Shown here: piece after piece, positions 1 through 8,692 of the stretch
Layout of the letters: each line of letters begins with the position of its first letter
Position numbering within the stretch: the stretch's first letter is position 1
Assembly (NCBI GenBank): GCA_964007735.1
Contig: CAXGAI010000004.1
Coordinates: 124,001 to 146,101 of the forward strand
Direction of reading: 5' to 3'
Length of the DNA stretch: 22,101 nt
Source of the DNA: an uncultured Rhodopirellula sp.
GTDB taxonomy: Bacteria > Planctomycetota > Planctomycetia > Pirellulales > Pirellulaceae
The notes under the pieces: generated by a model
What the model saw: the letters and a program-made list of their open reading frames with translations, nothing else
Told to the model about the DNA's origin: nothing
Databases searched by the model: none
Made by a program: the position numbers and the translations under genes

Positions 1-1
1 A

Positions 2-385
2 AGTAATGGAACTTTTCGTTATATCGAAAACCTACGTTCCGATGAGATCTATATTGAGAAGCACCTGATGGGCTCGCGTGGAAATGGCGAATTAAATAAC
101 CCTTATTGGGCTACCTGGGTTTGGGCTTCCGGTGAAAAACCAGAGGTGTACAAGTTGGTTCACCGTTATACTCGGCGTCCTGCTCAGCAACTTTATCATA
201 CGACAGATGATCCTTATGAATTAACCGATCTTGCAGGCAAGAAGGATGTAATGAAAATTCAAAAGGACCTTCAAAATGAACTGTATCGCTGGATGCAATC
301 TCAGAATGATCCAGGTGCCGGGTTGGATACCCAAAAGGCTATTCAGGCAGCACGTCAGGGAAAACATTTGTTTCGAGCGGAATAA
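2..385 (+). CDS. Sulfatase family protein, C-terminal part (5' truncated by window edge)
   Basis: Frame 2 is open from base 2 (SNGTFRYIENL...EKHLMG) into the listed 68..385 ORF. It contains the typical sulfatase C-terminal motifs RYIxN and RPAQQLYHTTDDPYELTDLA, and lies directly upstream of another sulfatase. Confidence 0.8.
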   Translation, partial: SNGTFRYIENLRSDEIYIEKHLMGSRGNGELNNPYWATWVWASGEKPEVYKLVHRYTRRPAQQLYHTTDDPYELTDLAGKKDVMKIQKDLQNELYRWMQSQNDPGAGLDTQKAIQAARQGKHLFRAE

Positions 386-422
386 TTTGAATTCACAGAA
401 GTGATTAAGGAAATAACTCATC

Positions 423-1919
423 ATGATTAAGAGAACCCTGTCCGTTCTTTTGTTTGCACTGGCTTCGTTGCCATTAGGGCAAGTTGTTCAGGGCGCACCC
501 CTCCCCAATGTCTTGTGGATCATTGTGGACGACATGTCTGCTCACTTTTCTTCTTATGGTGAAAAGTTGATTCAAACTCCTAATGTAGATGCGTTAGCGC
601 GCCGTGGTGTTCAGTTTAACAATGCCTATGTGACGGCTCCGGTTTGTTCGACTTGCCGAAGTGCGTTCATTACCGGTATGTACCAGACGACGATCGGCGC
701 GCATCATCATCGCAGTGGGAGAGGAACAGAGAAAATTGAATTACCGGAAGGTATTCGGCCAATCCCGGAGATATTTCAGGAGGCTGGATACTACACCACA
801 CTCACAGGCTGGCCGATTCGGGAAGATGAGCGGTTAGGTAAATCTGATTACAACTTCGAGTGGAATCAGAAAATGTATGACGGGGCAGATTGGGCTAAAC
901 GAAACGACAGCCAGCCATTCTTCGCTCAGATCCAATTGCCGGGTGGGAAATTACGAGGCGGAACTCAGGAATCAGCTGAACGCATGGCTAGTCGTGCGGA
1001 AAAGACGTTTGGAAAGCGAACCGATGTAAATCAGATCAAACTACCTCCTTACTATCCGGCTACAGAGATCATCCTTCATGACTGGGCCGCATATCTTGAT
1101 ACCGTACGTGAAACGGACCGTGTTGTGGGAGAGATTCTAGGCAAGCTTGATGCAGAAGGAGATTTAGAAAATACGATGGTCTTGTTTATGACAGACCATG
1201 GCATTAGTCATATACGTGGAAAGCAGTTTATGTATGACGAAGGCTTACATGTTCCTTTAGTGATTGCAGGCCCCGGTATTAACGGTGGACAGGTGCGAGA
1301 GGATTTAGTGGAGCATATCGATATTGCTGCAGTTTCACTGGCATATGCGGGGATAGAGATTCCCAGATATATGCAGGCACAGAATATTATGGCGGAAGCA
1401 TATAAACCCCGTAAAGCGGTTTTTGCTGCTCGTGATCGTTGTGATGAAACGGTAGAACATTTACGAAGTGTTCGGACACACGAATACAAATACATTCGTA
1501 ATTACCTATACCAGCGACCTCACTTGCAGCCAAATGCTTACAAAGATGGCAAGTCTATTATGAAGTCATTTAAGGAGGCCGGCGTTAACGGTAAGTTAAA
1601 CAAAGTCCAGACTTCTTTACTTAATCCAACCCGGCCAAGGGAAGAATTGTACAGCCTCAGTAATGATCCCCATGAGATTCGTAATCTGGTCGACGATCCT
1701 GCTTATGCAGATGTTTTGAAGGAGATGAGAAAGTTACTTTCTCGTTGGGAAACGAAGTCAGGTGACCAGGGTGTGGATCCGGAACCTGTTCGAATGTTTG
1801 ACAGCGATATGAAGGTCTATGTCGATACTTTGGAAGCGCGTCGACGCCCGATCGAACATATCAATACGATTAAGAGTAATATCGAGTTGATGCGGAAGTG
1901 GGCTGGAGAAGGGAAGTGA
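423..1919 (+). CDS. Secreted formylglycine-dependent (S1) sulfatase
   Basis: Signal peptide (MIKRTLSVLLFALASLPLG), PNVLWIIVDD, TPNVDALARRGVQFNNAYVTAPVCSTCRSAFITG, MTDHG, GLHVPLVI, EELYSLSNDPHEIRNL. SD-like TAAGGA at 406-411. Confidence 0.93.
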   Translation: MIKRTLSVLLFALASLPLGQVVQGAPLPNVLWIIVDDMSAHFSSYGEKLIQTPNVDALARRGVQFNNAYVTAPVCSTCRSAFITGMYQTTIGAHHHRSGRGTEKIELPEGIRPIPEIFQEAGYYTTLTGWPIREDERLGKSDYNFEWNQKMYDGADWAKRNDSQPFFAQIQLPGGKLRGGTQESAERMASRAEKTFGKRTDVNQIKLPPYYPATEIILHDWAAYLDTVRETDRVVGEILGKLDAEGDLENTMVLFMTDHGISHIRGKQFMYDEGLHVPLVIAGPGINGGQVREDLVEHIDIAAVSLAYAGIEIPRYMQAQNIMAEAYKPRKAVFAARDRCDETVEHLRSVRTHEYKYIRNYLYQRPHLQPNAYKDGKSIMKSFKEAGVNGKLNKVQTSLLNPTRPREELYSLSNDPHEIRNLVDDPAYADVLKEMRKLLSRWETKSGDQGVDPEPVRMFDSDMKVYVDTLEARRRPIEHINTIKSNIELMRKWAGEGK

Positions 1920-1925
1920 TGTGCC

Positions 1926-2921
1926 GTGCAAGCTGCGATCCTTCAGGAAATTAATCAACCGTTAGTTGTTGAGCAACGAGAGACTCCAAAACCAAAAGCA
2001 GGAGAAGTTCTTGTACGTCTCAAGGCAGCGGCTCTCAATCGGCGGGATTACTGGATTACAAAGGGACTATATCCGGGGATACATTCGGGCGTCATTCAAG
2101 GGTCCGATGGCGCCGGCATTGTTGAGGCGGTTGGTAGCGAGGTCGATATGCATTGGGTCGACAGGAAGGTGGTTATTAATCCAGGCCTTGAATGGGGAGA
2201 TAATCATCAGGTTCAGTCGGAACAGTTCCACATTTTAGGGATGCCTGCCGATGGTACATTTGCCGAAGCCATTGTCGTGCCAGTCTCGGCGATTTATGAA
2301 AAGCCATTTCATCTTAACTGGCATCAGGCGGCAGCCTTGCCTCTTGCCGGAGTGACGGCATACCGGGCGGTGAGTCGTGCCGAGGTCTCGGCAGGCGGCC
2401 TTGTATTAGTTACCGGGATTAGTGGCGGGGTTGCTTTAATGGCAATGCAGTTGTCTCTGGCATTAGGAGCCCGGGTATTGGTTACTTCGTCGTCGCAGGA
2501 GAAGTTGGAACGAGCACGGGAACTTGGTGCTTTAGGCGGGTATCAGTATTCGCAGGATGATTGGGAAAAACAAATTCTTAGAGAACATGGTATGGTCGAT
2601 GCGGTTATTGACGGAGCAGGCGGGACAGGGTATCGGCACTTGTTACAACTGGCTGGTCCGGGAGCACGAGTCGTTAACTATGGAGCCACGGCCGGTCCGC
2701 CGGAGAAAGTGGACTTGTTTAAATTGTTCTGGAAGCAGCTGAAGCTAATTGGTTCTACCATGGGAACCCCGCAAGACTTTGAACAGATGTTAGAACTGGT
2801 TTCTCGCCATCATGTTGAACCTGTCGTTGATTCTTCTTATCCTCTTGAAGAGGTGAATCAAGCACTACGTAAAATGGCAGATAGTTCTCAGTTTGGGAAG
2901 TTAGTGCTTGCACTACCTTAA
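1926..2921 (+). CDS. Medium-chain dehydrogenase/reductase (zinc-binding dehydrogenase / quinone oxidoreductase-like)
   Basis: GEVLVRLKAAALNRRD, GSDGAGIVEAVG, AAALPLAGVTAYRA, VLVTGISGGVA nucleotide-binding motif, C-terminal QFGKLVL. GTG start 6 nt after the sulfatase stop. Confidence 0.9.
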   Translation: MQAAILQEINQPLVVEQRETPKPKAGEVLVRLKAAALNRRDYWITKGLYPGIHSGVIQGSDGAGIVEAVGSEVDMHWVDRKVVINPGLEWGDNHQVQSEQFHILGMPADGTFAEAIVVPVSAIYEKPFHLNWHQAAALPLAGVTAYRAVSRAEVSAGGLVLVTGISGGVALMAMQLSLALGARVLVTSSSQEKLERARELGALGGYQYSQDDWEKQILREHGMVDAVIDGAGGTGYRHLLQLAGPGARVVNYGATAGPPEKVDLFKLFWKQLKLIGSTMGTPQDFEQMLELVSRHHVEPVVDSSYPLEEVNQALRKMADSSQFGKLVLALP

Positions 2922-3046
2922 TTCGTTTTCTCTCAACGGTTTTTGGTTTTTAACGTGATTCAATTGAGGTTAAGGTAGAGTCTTAGCGCGTTGAGCAAAG
3001 GCGTCATTTTTTAGACGCTCCGGAATGCGCTATTGAAATTTAAATC

Positions 3047-4321
3047 ATGATTAATACTGACGAACAATCTGAATCGATGGCTGACCTTCAGGCCTCCCTA
3101 TTGCGCCTTAACAAGATTGGGATTTCATCTACTCCGACGGCAACGCTTGAGTCAATGTTGCAGAATCTCGAGTCGGACATGAAGGATCTGGCAACTCAGG
3201 CTTCTGAGTTGGAAGCAGAAGCACAAGAGAAACTTCAGCAAGGCGATTTGGGGATTTACAAACGAGTACGAGAGCGTTCACGTTTGTTGGCAAGTGAAAT
3301 GGGTGAGCTTGAAGGACTTCGTGACCGTGTGGTCGACGCGATTGAATATAACTATATGACCGAACGTCTCTCCAAGGTTCTTGGGGGGATGTGGGCTGTT
3401 AATGCTTTGCAAATATTCATGATGCTGTTGATCTTCTTTGTGCTCGGCTTACTGGCCTATGATTCTCTGGCTCCGACCAAGTGGGGGTATTTTGTACTTG
3501 GTGATGACCATCAGTATCTGGTGTCTGATTATGTTAATCAGGAATCGGCCTGGCAGGATGTCGTTGAACGATTTGGGATTCAAGATGCGAAGTATGAGAG
3601 ATTTGAGGAGCATCAGCGTCCAGTATGGTTAGAGAGCCAGTCGATCTTCTTGATTGACATCGGTTGTTGTGTGCTTTTCATGCTCGAGTTTTTGGTGCGT
3701 TTATATTGCTCGCGTTCAAAAAGATGGTACTGGCGTAATTACTGGATCGACTTTGTAACTTCGATACCGATTCCTGGCGAAGCTCAACTATCGCGTTTTG
3801 GGAGAATAGCAAGGATTGGCCGTTTTGCCAGACTGCTAAGATTTTCACGTGTTCTTCGCGTCATGCGAGTCTTTCTTATGCTATGGCGAGGGATGGATAA
3901 GTTGCAGGATGCGATGGACGTTAAGCTGATGAAACGCTCGCTCAAATGGGGACTGGTTGTGATGGTGCTGGGAGGAATTGCTGTTTACTATGCTGAAAGT
4001 GCATTGGTAGAAAGTGACAATGATGTGAAAACACTGGGGGGGGGGATGTGGTGGAGTTTTACCACAGTGGTCACCGGAGGATTTGGTGACATTCATAATC
4101 CAATCACGATCGTTGGTCGGATTTTGACGGTGGTGTTGATCATCACCGGTATGATTCTTGTGGGGGTCTTTACCGCTACATTGACATCACTTTATGTCGG
4201 TGAGGAATCGGAAGAACTACAGAGATATCAGGAAGATATGAATGCACGTCTCGATCGGATCGAAGTGATTATCTCCGGGTACAGCAACCCAACGAGAGAC
4301 GGTCCGGATGCGGAGGCTTAG
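3047..4321 (+). CDS. 6-TM voltage-gated-type cation (K+-like) channel with N-terminal coiled coil
   Basis: S2 FMLEFLVRLY, S3 NYWIDFVTSIP, Arg-repeat S4, pore helix and filter GMWWSFTTVVTGGFGDIHNPITIVGRIL, S6 GVFTATLTS. The N-terminal ~100 aa is helical and charged. Confidence 0.88.
   Translation: MINTDEQSESMADLQASLLRLNKIGISSTPTATLESMLQNLESDMKDLATQASELEAEAQEKLQQGDLGIYKRVRERSRLLASEMGELEGLRDRVVDAIEYNYMTERLSKVLGGMWAVNALQIFMMLLIFFVLGLLAYDSLAPTKWGYFVLGDDHQYLVSDYVNQESAWQDVVERFGIQDAKYERFEEHQRPVWLESQSIFLIDIGCCVLFMLEFLVRLYCSRSKRWYWRNYWIDFVTSIPIPGEAQLSRFGRIARIGRFARLLRFSRVLRVMRVFLMLWRGMDKLQDAMDVKLMKRSLKWGLVVMVLGGIAVYYAESALVESDNDVKTLGGGMWWSFTTVVTGGFGDIHNPITIVGRILTVVLIITGMILVGVFTATLTSLYVGEESEELQRYQEDMNARLDRIEVIISGYSNPTRDGPDAEA
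4036..4045 (+). repeat. G10 homopolymer inside the channel gene (in frame, encodes L-G-G-G)
   Basis: ctg ggg ggg ggg atg read directly from the sequence, just before the pore helix. Confidence 0.9.
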
Positions 4322-5676
4322 CCTAATTCACTAATTGCGTCACGATGCTGCAACAGGTATTGTGGCCGACCATTGAAGTCCGGGATCTTAACGCTGGCGA
4401 CGTCGATTCCTAAATGTTTGTAAAGCGTAGCAAATACGTTTTGATAATGAATTGGACGATCTTTGGCTTCTTCAGCCAGTCGTGTTGTACTACCAAGTAC
4501 CTGTCCATGATTGAATCCGCCACCCGCAAGAATACAACCCGATACGGCGGGCCAGTGGTCACGGCCACCATTAGGATTAACTCGTGGGGTCCGTCCCATT
4601 TCTCCCCAGACGACGACCGCTACATCCTCTTCAAGCCCTCGTTCTTTCAGGTCTTGAGTTAGAGCCAGTAGGCATTGTTCAAGTCGAGGAAGGTATTCCC
4701 GAAGCTGAGCAAAGTTATTCTTGTATGCCAGATCACCGGCTTTACGGCAGGAATGTGTATCCCAGCGACCGAAGGAAACAGAAACACACCGAGCACCGGC
4801 TTCCACTAGTCGACGTGCGATAAGGAAGTCTTCGTTGTTCATCGGTGAACCGTCGTCGACGGCATCGTTGTTGCCTTTGCCGTAACGGGCGATTATTTCC
4901 GGAGATTCTTTCGAGATGTCGAGTGCTTCCAACAAACGATTACTGGTCAGCATGTGCAAAGCCTGCGACGTGTAAGCATCCACGCTTTGCATGACATCAG
5001 AAGTTTCCACCGCTCGTTTTAAACGATCAACAGATCGCAGCAGTTGTCTGCGGTCATTGAGTCGGTTGCGTGACATTTGCAGAACCATGTCCGCTTTGCC
5101 TTCCTCGTTTGGTTGGAATGGTTTGTGAGCTGAGCCAACAAAGCCTGCACGACCGGGATCTCGCCAGTTGTTGTTTGTATGATAAACCATACTTATCGCA
5201 GAAGGCATCGCTTGATCGACAGGCCCTTGCAGATAAGAAACAGCAGCACCTAAACATGGCTGATTTCGGATCTTCGAATCAGCATATCCAAATCCACTTA
5301 GGCAAAGCTCAGATGCATGTTCATTCTTTGCACCTACTAACGATCGTATAATGGTGAACCGATCGAGATTCTGAGCGAACTGTGGTAAATGTTCACACAC
5401 GTGATAACCAGGAATAGAAGTTTGGATCGGCTGAAATTCACCACGGATTTCGACAGGAGCATCGGGCTTGAGATCCCAGATATCTAAATGGGAGGGGCCA
5501 CCGGGCAGGAAAATCATGATGACCGATTTATGACGGGCTTTATTTCCGTTTTGCTCATCGGCCCGAAGCAATTGAGGCAATGAAATTCCGCCGAGTGCCA
5601 GCGAACCGACACTCAGAAAGTTACGACGGGAAACGCCGTCACAGAATTTAGATTGGGAACCAACTAGTTGTAACAT
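4318..5676 (-). CDS. DUF1501 domain protein (Planctomycetes-expanded family), Tat-like N-terminus
   Basis: CDGVSRRNFLSVG, KSVIMIFLPGGPSHLDIWDLKPDAP, ARRLVEAGARCV, WDTH, VWGEMGRTPRVN, GRDHWP are all hallmark DUF1501 motifs. Confidence 0.93.
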   Translation of the reverse strand: MLQLVGSQSKFCDGVSRRNFLSVGSLALGGISLPQLLRADEQNGNKARHKSVIMIFLPGGPSHLDIWDLKPDAPVEIRGEFQPIQTSIPGYHVCEHLPQFAQNLDRFTIIRSLVGAKNEHASELCLSGFGYADSKIRNQPCLGAAVSYLQGPVDQAMPSAISMVYHTNNNWRDPGRAGFVGSAHKPFQPNEEGKADMVLQMSRNRLNDRRQLLRSVDRLKRAVETSDVMQSVDAYTSQALHMLTSNRLLEALDISKESPEIIARYGKGNNDAVDDGSPMNNEDFLIARRLVEAGARCVSVSFGRWDTHSCRKAGDLAYKNNFAQLREYLPRLEQCLLALTQDLKERGLEEDVAVVVWGEMGRTPRVNPNGGRDHWPAVSGCILAGGGFNHGQVLGSTTRLAEEAKDRPIHYQNVFATLYKHLGIDVASVKIPDFNGRPQYLLQHRDAISELG

Positions 5677-5716
5677 AGTATTGTTATCGGGAAATCTTCT
5701 TCAGCTTCAAACTATA

Positions 5717-6064
5717 TTATCCGTTAATTTCCTTGGCTGCCGCAAGCATTAATTCAGTGGCTTCCCGCCCCGTCATACCAATTTCTATGCCCATACCCTC
5801 TGCTCGGGGGGTGCAACGAGCGATTTTTGCCGCCAATAGATCTTCGGGCGTGACTAACGGACATTCAGGGGTTCCTTCGGCGATGGCCAAAGCCTGATTG
5901 AACTTGGCAGGTACAACGACGTCGTAGATTCCACAGCCAACGATACCGACGGGTGTGAGAATGCTACAGTACTGGCCTTCAATCCATCGGTTACTAATAC
6001 CAAGTGCTGAGCCATTTTCGAAGTGAAGCGTTGAACTAACAGATCGTGGTAATGCATCACTCAT
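5717..6064 (-). CDS. yunC: YunC family (DUF1805) protein
   Basis: GIVGCGIYDV, EDLLAAKI and AEGMGIEIGMTGREA match the YunC pattern. It sits 40 nt upstream of DUF1501 on the same strand. Confidence 0.75.
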   Translation of the reverse strand: MSDALPRSVSSTLHFENGSALGISNRWIEGQYCSILTPVGIVGCGIYDVVVPAKFNQALAIAEGTPECPLVTPEDLLAAKIARCTPRAEGMGIEIGMTGREATELMLAAAKEING

Positions 6065-6087
6065 GATTATTGTTTCCTTAAGGATGT

Positions 6088-6131
6088 CGGTGTTAAGAAT
6101 TTATCACCGGATCTCTAAACGTGTTTTTAGA
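6088..6131. promoter_or_regulatory. Two inverted repeats in the divergent yunC/desaturase intergenic region (candidate operators)
   Basis: CGGTGtTAAgaatTTAtCACCG (6088-6109) and TCTAAA-N6-TTTAGA (6114-6131) in an AT-rich divergent intergenic region. Confidence 0.3.
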
Positions 6132-6214
6132 TGAGGGTGGTATTTAAAACTATATCGTGTGGGAATATTTAAGTAGAATATAGTGGCCTGGGTAAATTCA
6201 AGTTGGAATTCGTT

Positions 6215-7231
6215 ATGTCGAAGAACTCTGAGTCAGCGACTTTACCCTGGAAGCATCTAAAAGTAGTGCGCAGAGATGATATGCCTATCCGTGATGGTCT
6301 TAATCTCACGCTTGTTCTTGCTGTTGGTTTATCGGCAATCGTACTACTCTGGGGAGCATCTCAATTATCTCATTGGGGCTGGACCATTGGACTAGGTATG
6401 GTTTTTAGTTATTTAATGCTGACGAACTATGCGTTGATGCATGAAGCAATTCACTTAAATCTACAAAACAATCTTAAACGGAATTATGTACTGGGTGTAA
6501 TTGCATCTATGTTCTTTCCTGTGAGCTTCACAATGGTTCAAGTGACTCATCAGGGACATCACTATCGTAACCGCACCGATGCGGAAATTTTTGACCAATA
6601 CTATCCGGGTTTTTGGTCAAGAGTGTTTAAGAGTTGTCAGTGGTACGGAACACTACTTGGTTTTTTCTATATTCTCGTCGTTTTAGCTTCCATTGCGACC
6701 GCCCTGTTACCTGGTACTTCGCAAAACTCACTGGTGACAGGTAAAGAATTTGGAAATGGAAATCTGAAAGACATCACAATGCATGACGTCTGGAAGATTC
6801 GTTTGGAAATGCTTTTGACAGTTTCATTTTGGGCACTTGTTATTTGGGGATTATCACTCCAATGGCAAGTTGTTCTTGTAATGTTTCTGATGGGCGGATT
6901 TAACTGGTCAACACGCCAATACATTGCTCATGCTTATTCTGAGCGAAGTGTACTCGACGGCGCTTTTAATCTGAAACATAACCGGTTTATGTCTGCGCTT
7001 CTGCTTCATGGAGAGTGGGATCTTAATCATCATCGTTATCCGGATGTTCCGTGGACAAATCTTCCAGATGTGCCTGCGGATGATAAACCACGAATTTCAT
7101 ATTGGAAGCACTATCTACGCATGTGGGGAGGGCCAGTGGAGGTTACCGAACCAGAACCAGACATGTGGAATACAGAACAGATGATCGAGCATCTAACGCA
7201 ACAGGAGTTGCGATCCAGCCAATCAACTTAA
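6215..7231 (+). CDS. Membrane-bound fatty-acid-desaturase-family (di-iron His-box) enzyme
   Basis: Three His boxes: HEAIH, HQGHH and H-x5-NHH (HGEWDLNHHRYPDVPW), plus QYIAHAYS and several TM segments. ATG at 6215 preferred over TTG at 6203. Confidence 0.9.
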   Translation: MSKNSESATLPWKHLKVVRRDDMPIRDGLNLTLVLAVGLSAIVLLWGASQLSHWGWTIGLGMVFSYLMLTNYALMHEAIHLNLQNNLKRNYVLGVIASMFFPVSFTMVQVTHQGHHYRNRTDAEIFDQYYPGFWSRVFKSCQWYGTLLGFFYILVVLASIATALLPGTSQNSLVTGKEFGNGNLKDITMHDVWKIRLEMLLTVSFWALVIWGLSLQWQVVLVMFLMGGFNWSTRQYIAHAYSERSVLDGAFNLKHNRFMSALLLHGEWDLNHHRYPDVPWTNLPDVPADDKPRISYWKHYLRMWGGPVEVTEPEPDMWNTEQMIEHLTQQELRSSQST

Positions 7232-7249
7232 TCGAGGAGTAAATAAAAG

Positions 7250-7867
7250 ATGAATTTAAATAATCAAAGTGCATGGCATGTTTTGTTGTTTGCGTTGTTG
7301 CTGTTACCCATAAGTGTGAATGCAGAGGAAGAATCTGAAGTTGCTGCCGAGTCAGATGAGGCCGCGATTGCAGCGCATCTTGAACAAACGAAAAAGGAGA
7401 TTTTCACTTTATTTAATGAGGAGAAGTTTCAGCAGATTGCTGATCAGTATTGCCATGAACAGATCACTTGTATTTGGCACGATGGAACCGCATCGACTGG
7501 TCGACAGGGAGTTGTTGATTTCTTTGCCAAAATAAAGGGATTCATCGATGTTATGAAGGTAGACCCTACTACAACGGACAGAGCTATTTTTGAAGATGGG
7601 AAATTTGTCGTGTCCGTAGGTGACTTAGGAGACACCTATGTAATGGCCTCCGGTCAAGAATTAGATTTAAAGAGTAAGTGGATGGCAACGCTTACTTACG
7701 ACAATGACGAGTGGCAACTCATTAGTTTTGCGACGTTAACAAGTGGTTTTGAGAATGAAGTAATTGATGGTTTTTTGCTAATGCGAACTATCTACGCAGG
7801 GGGGGGCGGCCTCGTCGTGGGAATCCTATTAACATTCCTTTTGCGTAGAAAGAAGAGAACCACTTAG
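7250..7867 (+). CDS. Exported NTF2/SnoaL-like (DUF4440-like) protein with C-terminal membrane anchor
   Basis: Signal peptide ending ISVNA-EE; NTF2-like core (HDGTASTGRQGVVDFF ... SKWMATLTYDNDEWQLISF); C-terminal GGGG-hydrophobic-RRKKR. SD GAGGAG at 7234-7239. Confidence 0.7.
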   Translation: MNLNNQSAWHVLLFALLLLPISVNAEEESEVAAESDEAAIAAHLEQTKKEIFTLFNEEKFQQIADQYCHEQITCIWHDGTASTGRQGVVDFFAKIKGFIDVMKVDPTTTDRAIFEDGKFVVSVGDLGDTYVMASGQELDLKSKWMATLTYDNDEWQLISFATLTSGFENEVIDGFLLMRTIYAGGGGLVVGILLTFLLRRKKRTT

Positions 7868-8523
7868 TCTTCTTTGGTGACGTGTTTATAGCTTTTCATA
7901 GAGGACTCGTGAAAGAAGATCCAGTGGAAGATTTCAGTTGCCAGTGGTGAGATAAAAATAGAAAGCAGCATGCTTCCATAGCGAAGAGCGGAGTCGGGTT
8001 GGCTGGCGGTGTTAATTAGGTGTTGTAACTCAAATCCGTAAACGATTCCGAAACTGGTGAAAAAGACGGGAGCATATTGTAACGATATTCGAAATGCAGA
8101 TTTGCCTTCCGCATAGGATCGGTTGAAGACGACTAAGACACCGCGATTTATCGCGAACATGTCAAACAGGAAGTTGATCAGACCAATAGTTAGACCAAGG
8201 AGAGTGGGGAAGAGCCAGATTGAATCGTTGATTGGGGTTTGCGTGTATAACCTGTAAACCAGCCAGCAGATGACGCTAGTCGCCGACCCGAACATGAAAC
8301 CATGATGAGGGCGAAAACCTAAGTTGGAATGGGGACTGCGGATTTCCCAGATATGAAGTAAACGGATACCGATATATGGAATTAGAAAAGCGACGGCGAC
8401 AGGCATTCCCACAGCATAAAAAGTCACAGGGAAGTTGTTATTGCTAGCCGGCCACCAGAGCAAGATTGCGAGTGGAAACAGGATGATTGGTCCGACCACT
8501 TCGTAAATCTTGTAGAACTGCAT
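7864..8523 (-). CDS. Integral membrane protein of unknown function (~6 TM)
   Basis: 219-aa hydrophobic ORF with an RPHHG motif and a DMFAINRGVLVVFN segment. It fills the gap between the NTF2 gene and the radical SAM operon. Confidence 0.75.
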   Translation of the reverse strand: MQFYKIYEVVGPIILFPLAILLWWPASNNNFPVTFYAVGMPVAVAFLIPYIGIRLLHIWEIRSPHSNLGFRPHHGFMFGSATSVICWLVYRLYTQTPINDSIWLFPTLLGLTIGLINFLFDMFAINRGVLVVFNRSYAEGKSAFRISLQYAPVFFTSFGIVYGFELQHLINTASQPDSALRYGSMLLSIFISPLATEIFHWIFFHESSMKSYKHVTKED

Positions 8524-8692
8524 GCATTTTCCAGCCAGATAAAATTATTTGTAGCGAGATTAATGAACGTTAAACCGTCATTGCAAAGGATTGTAGCACA
8601 TTAAACGATACGTTCGCGAATGGTTGTTCGCTAACATATTCGTGGAGTGCTAAGCCGATCGTCAAATTGTCATTTTTTCTAACCAACCTACT

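Noticed and set aside
2922..3046. Intrinsic terminator after the MDR gene
   Set aside because: Only weak stems (e.g. GCGTC-N8-GACGC) without a following U-tract; not supportable.
8524..8692. Cobalamin riboswitch ahead of the B12-radical SAM operon
   Set aside because: No recognisable B12-box or GGGAA...GCCACTG elements; the region is short and shared with a divergent gene.
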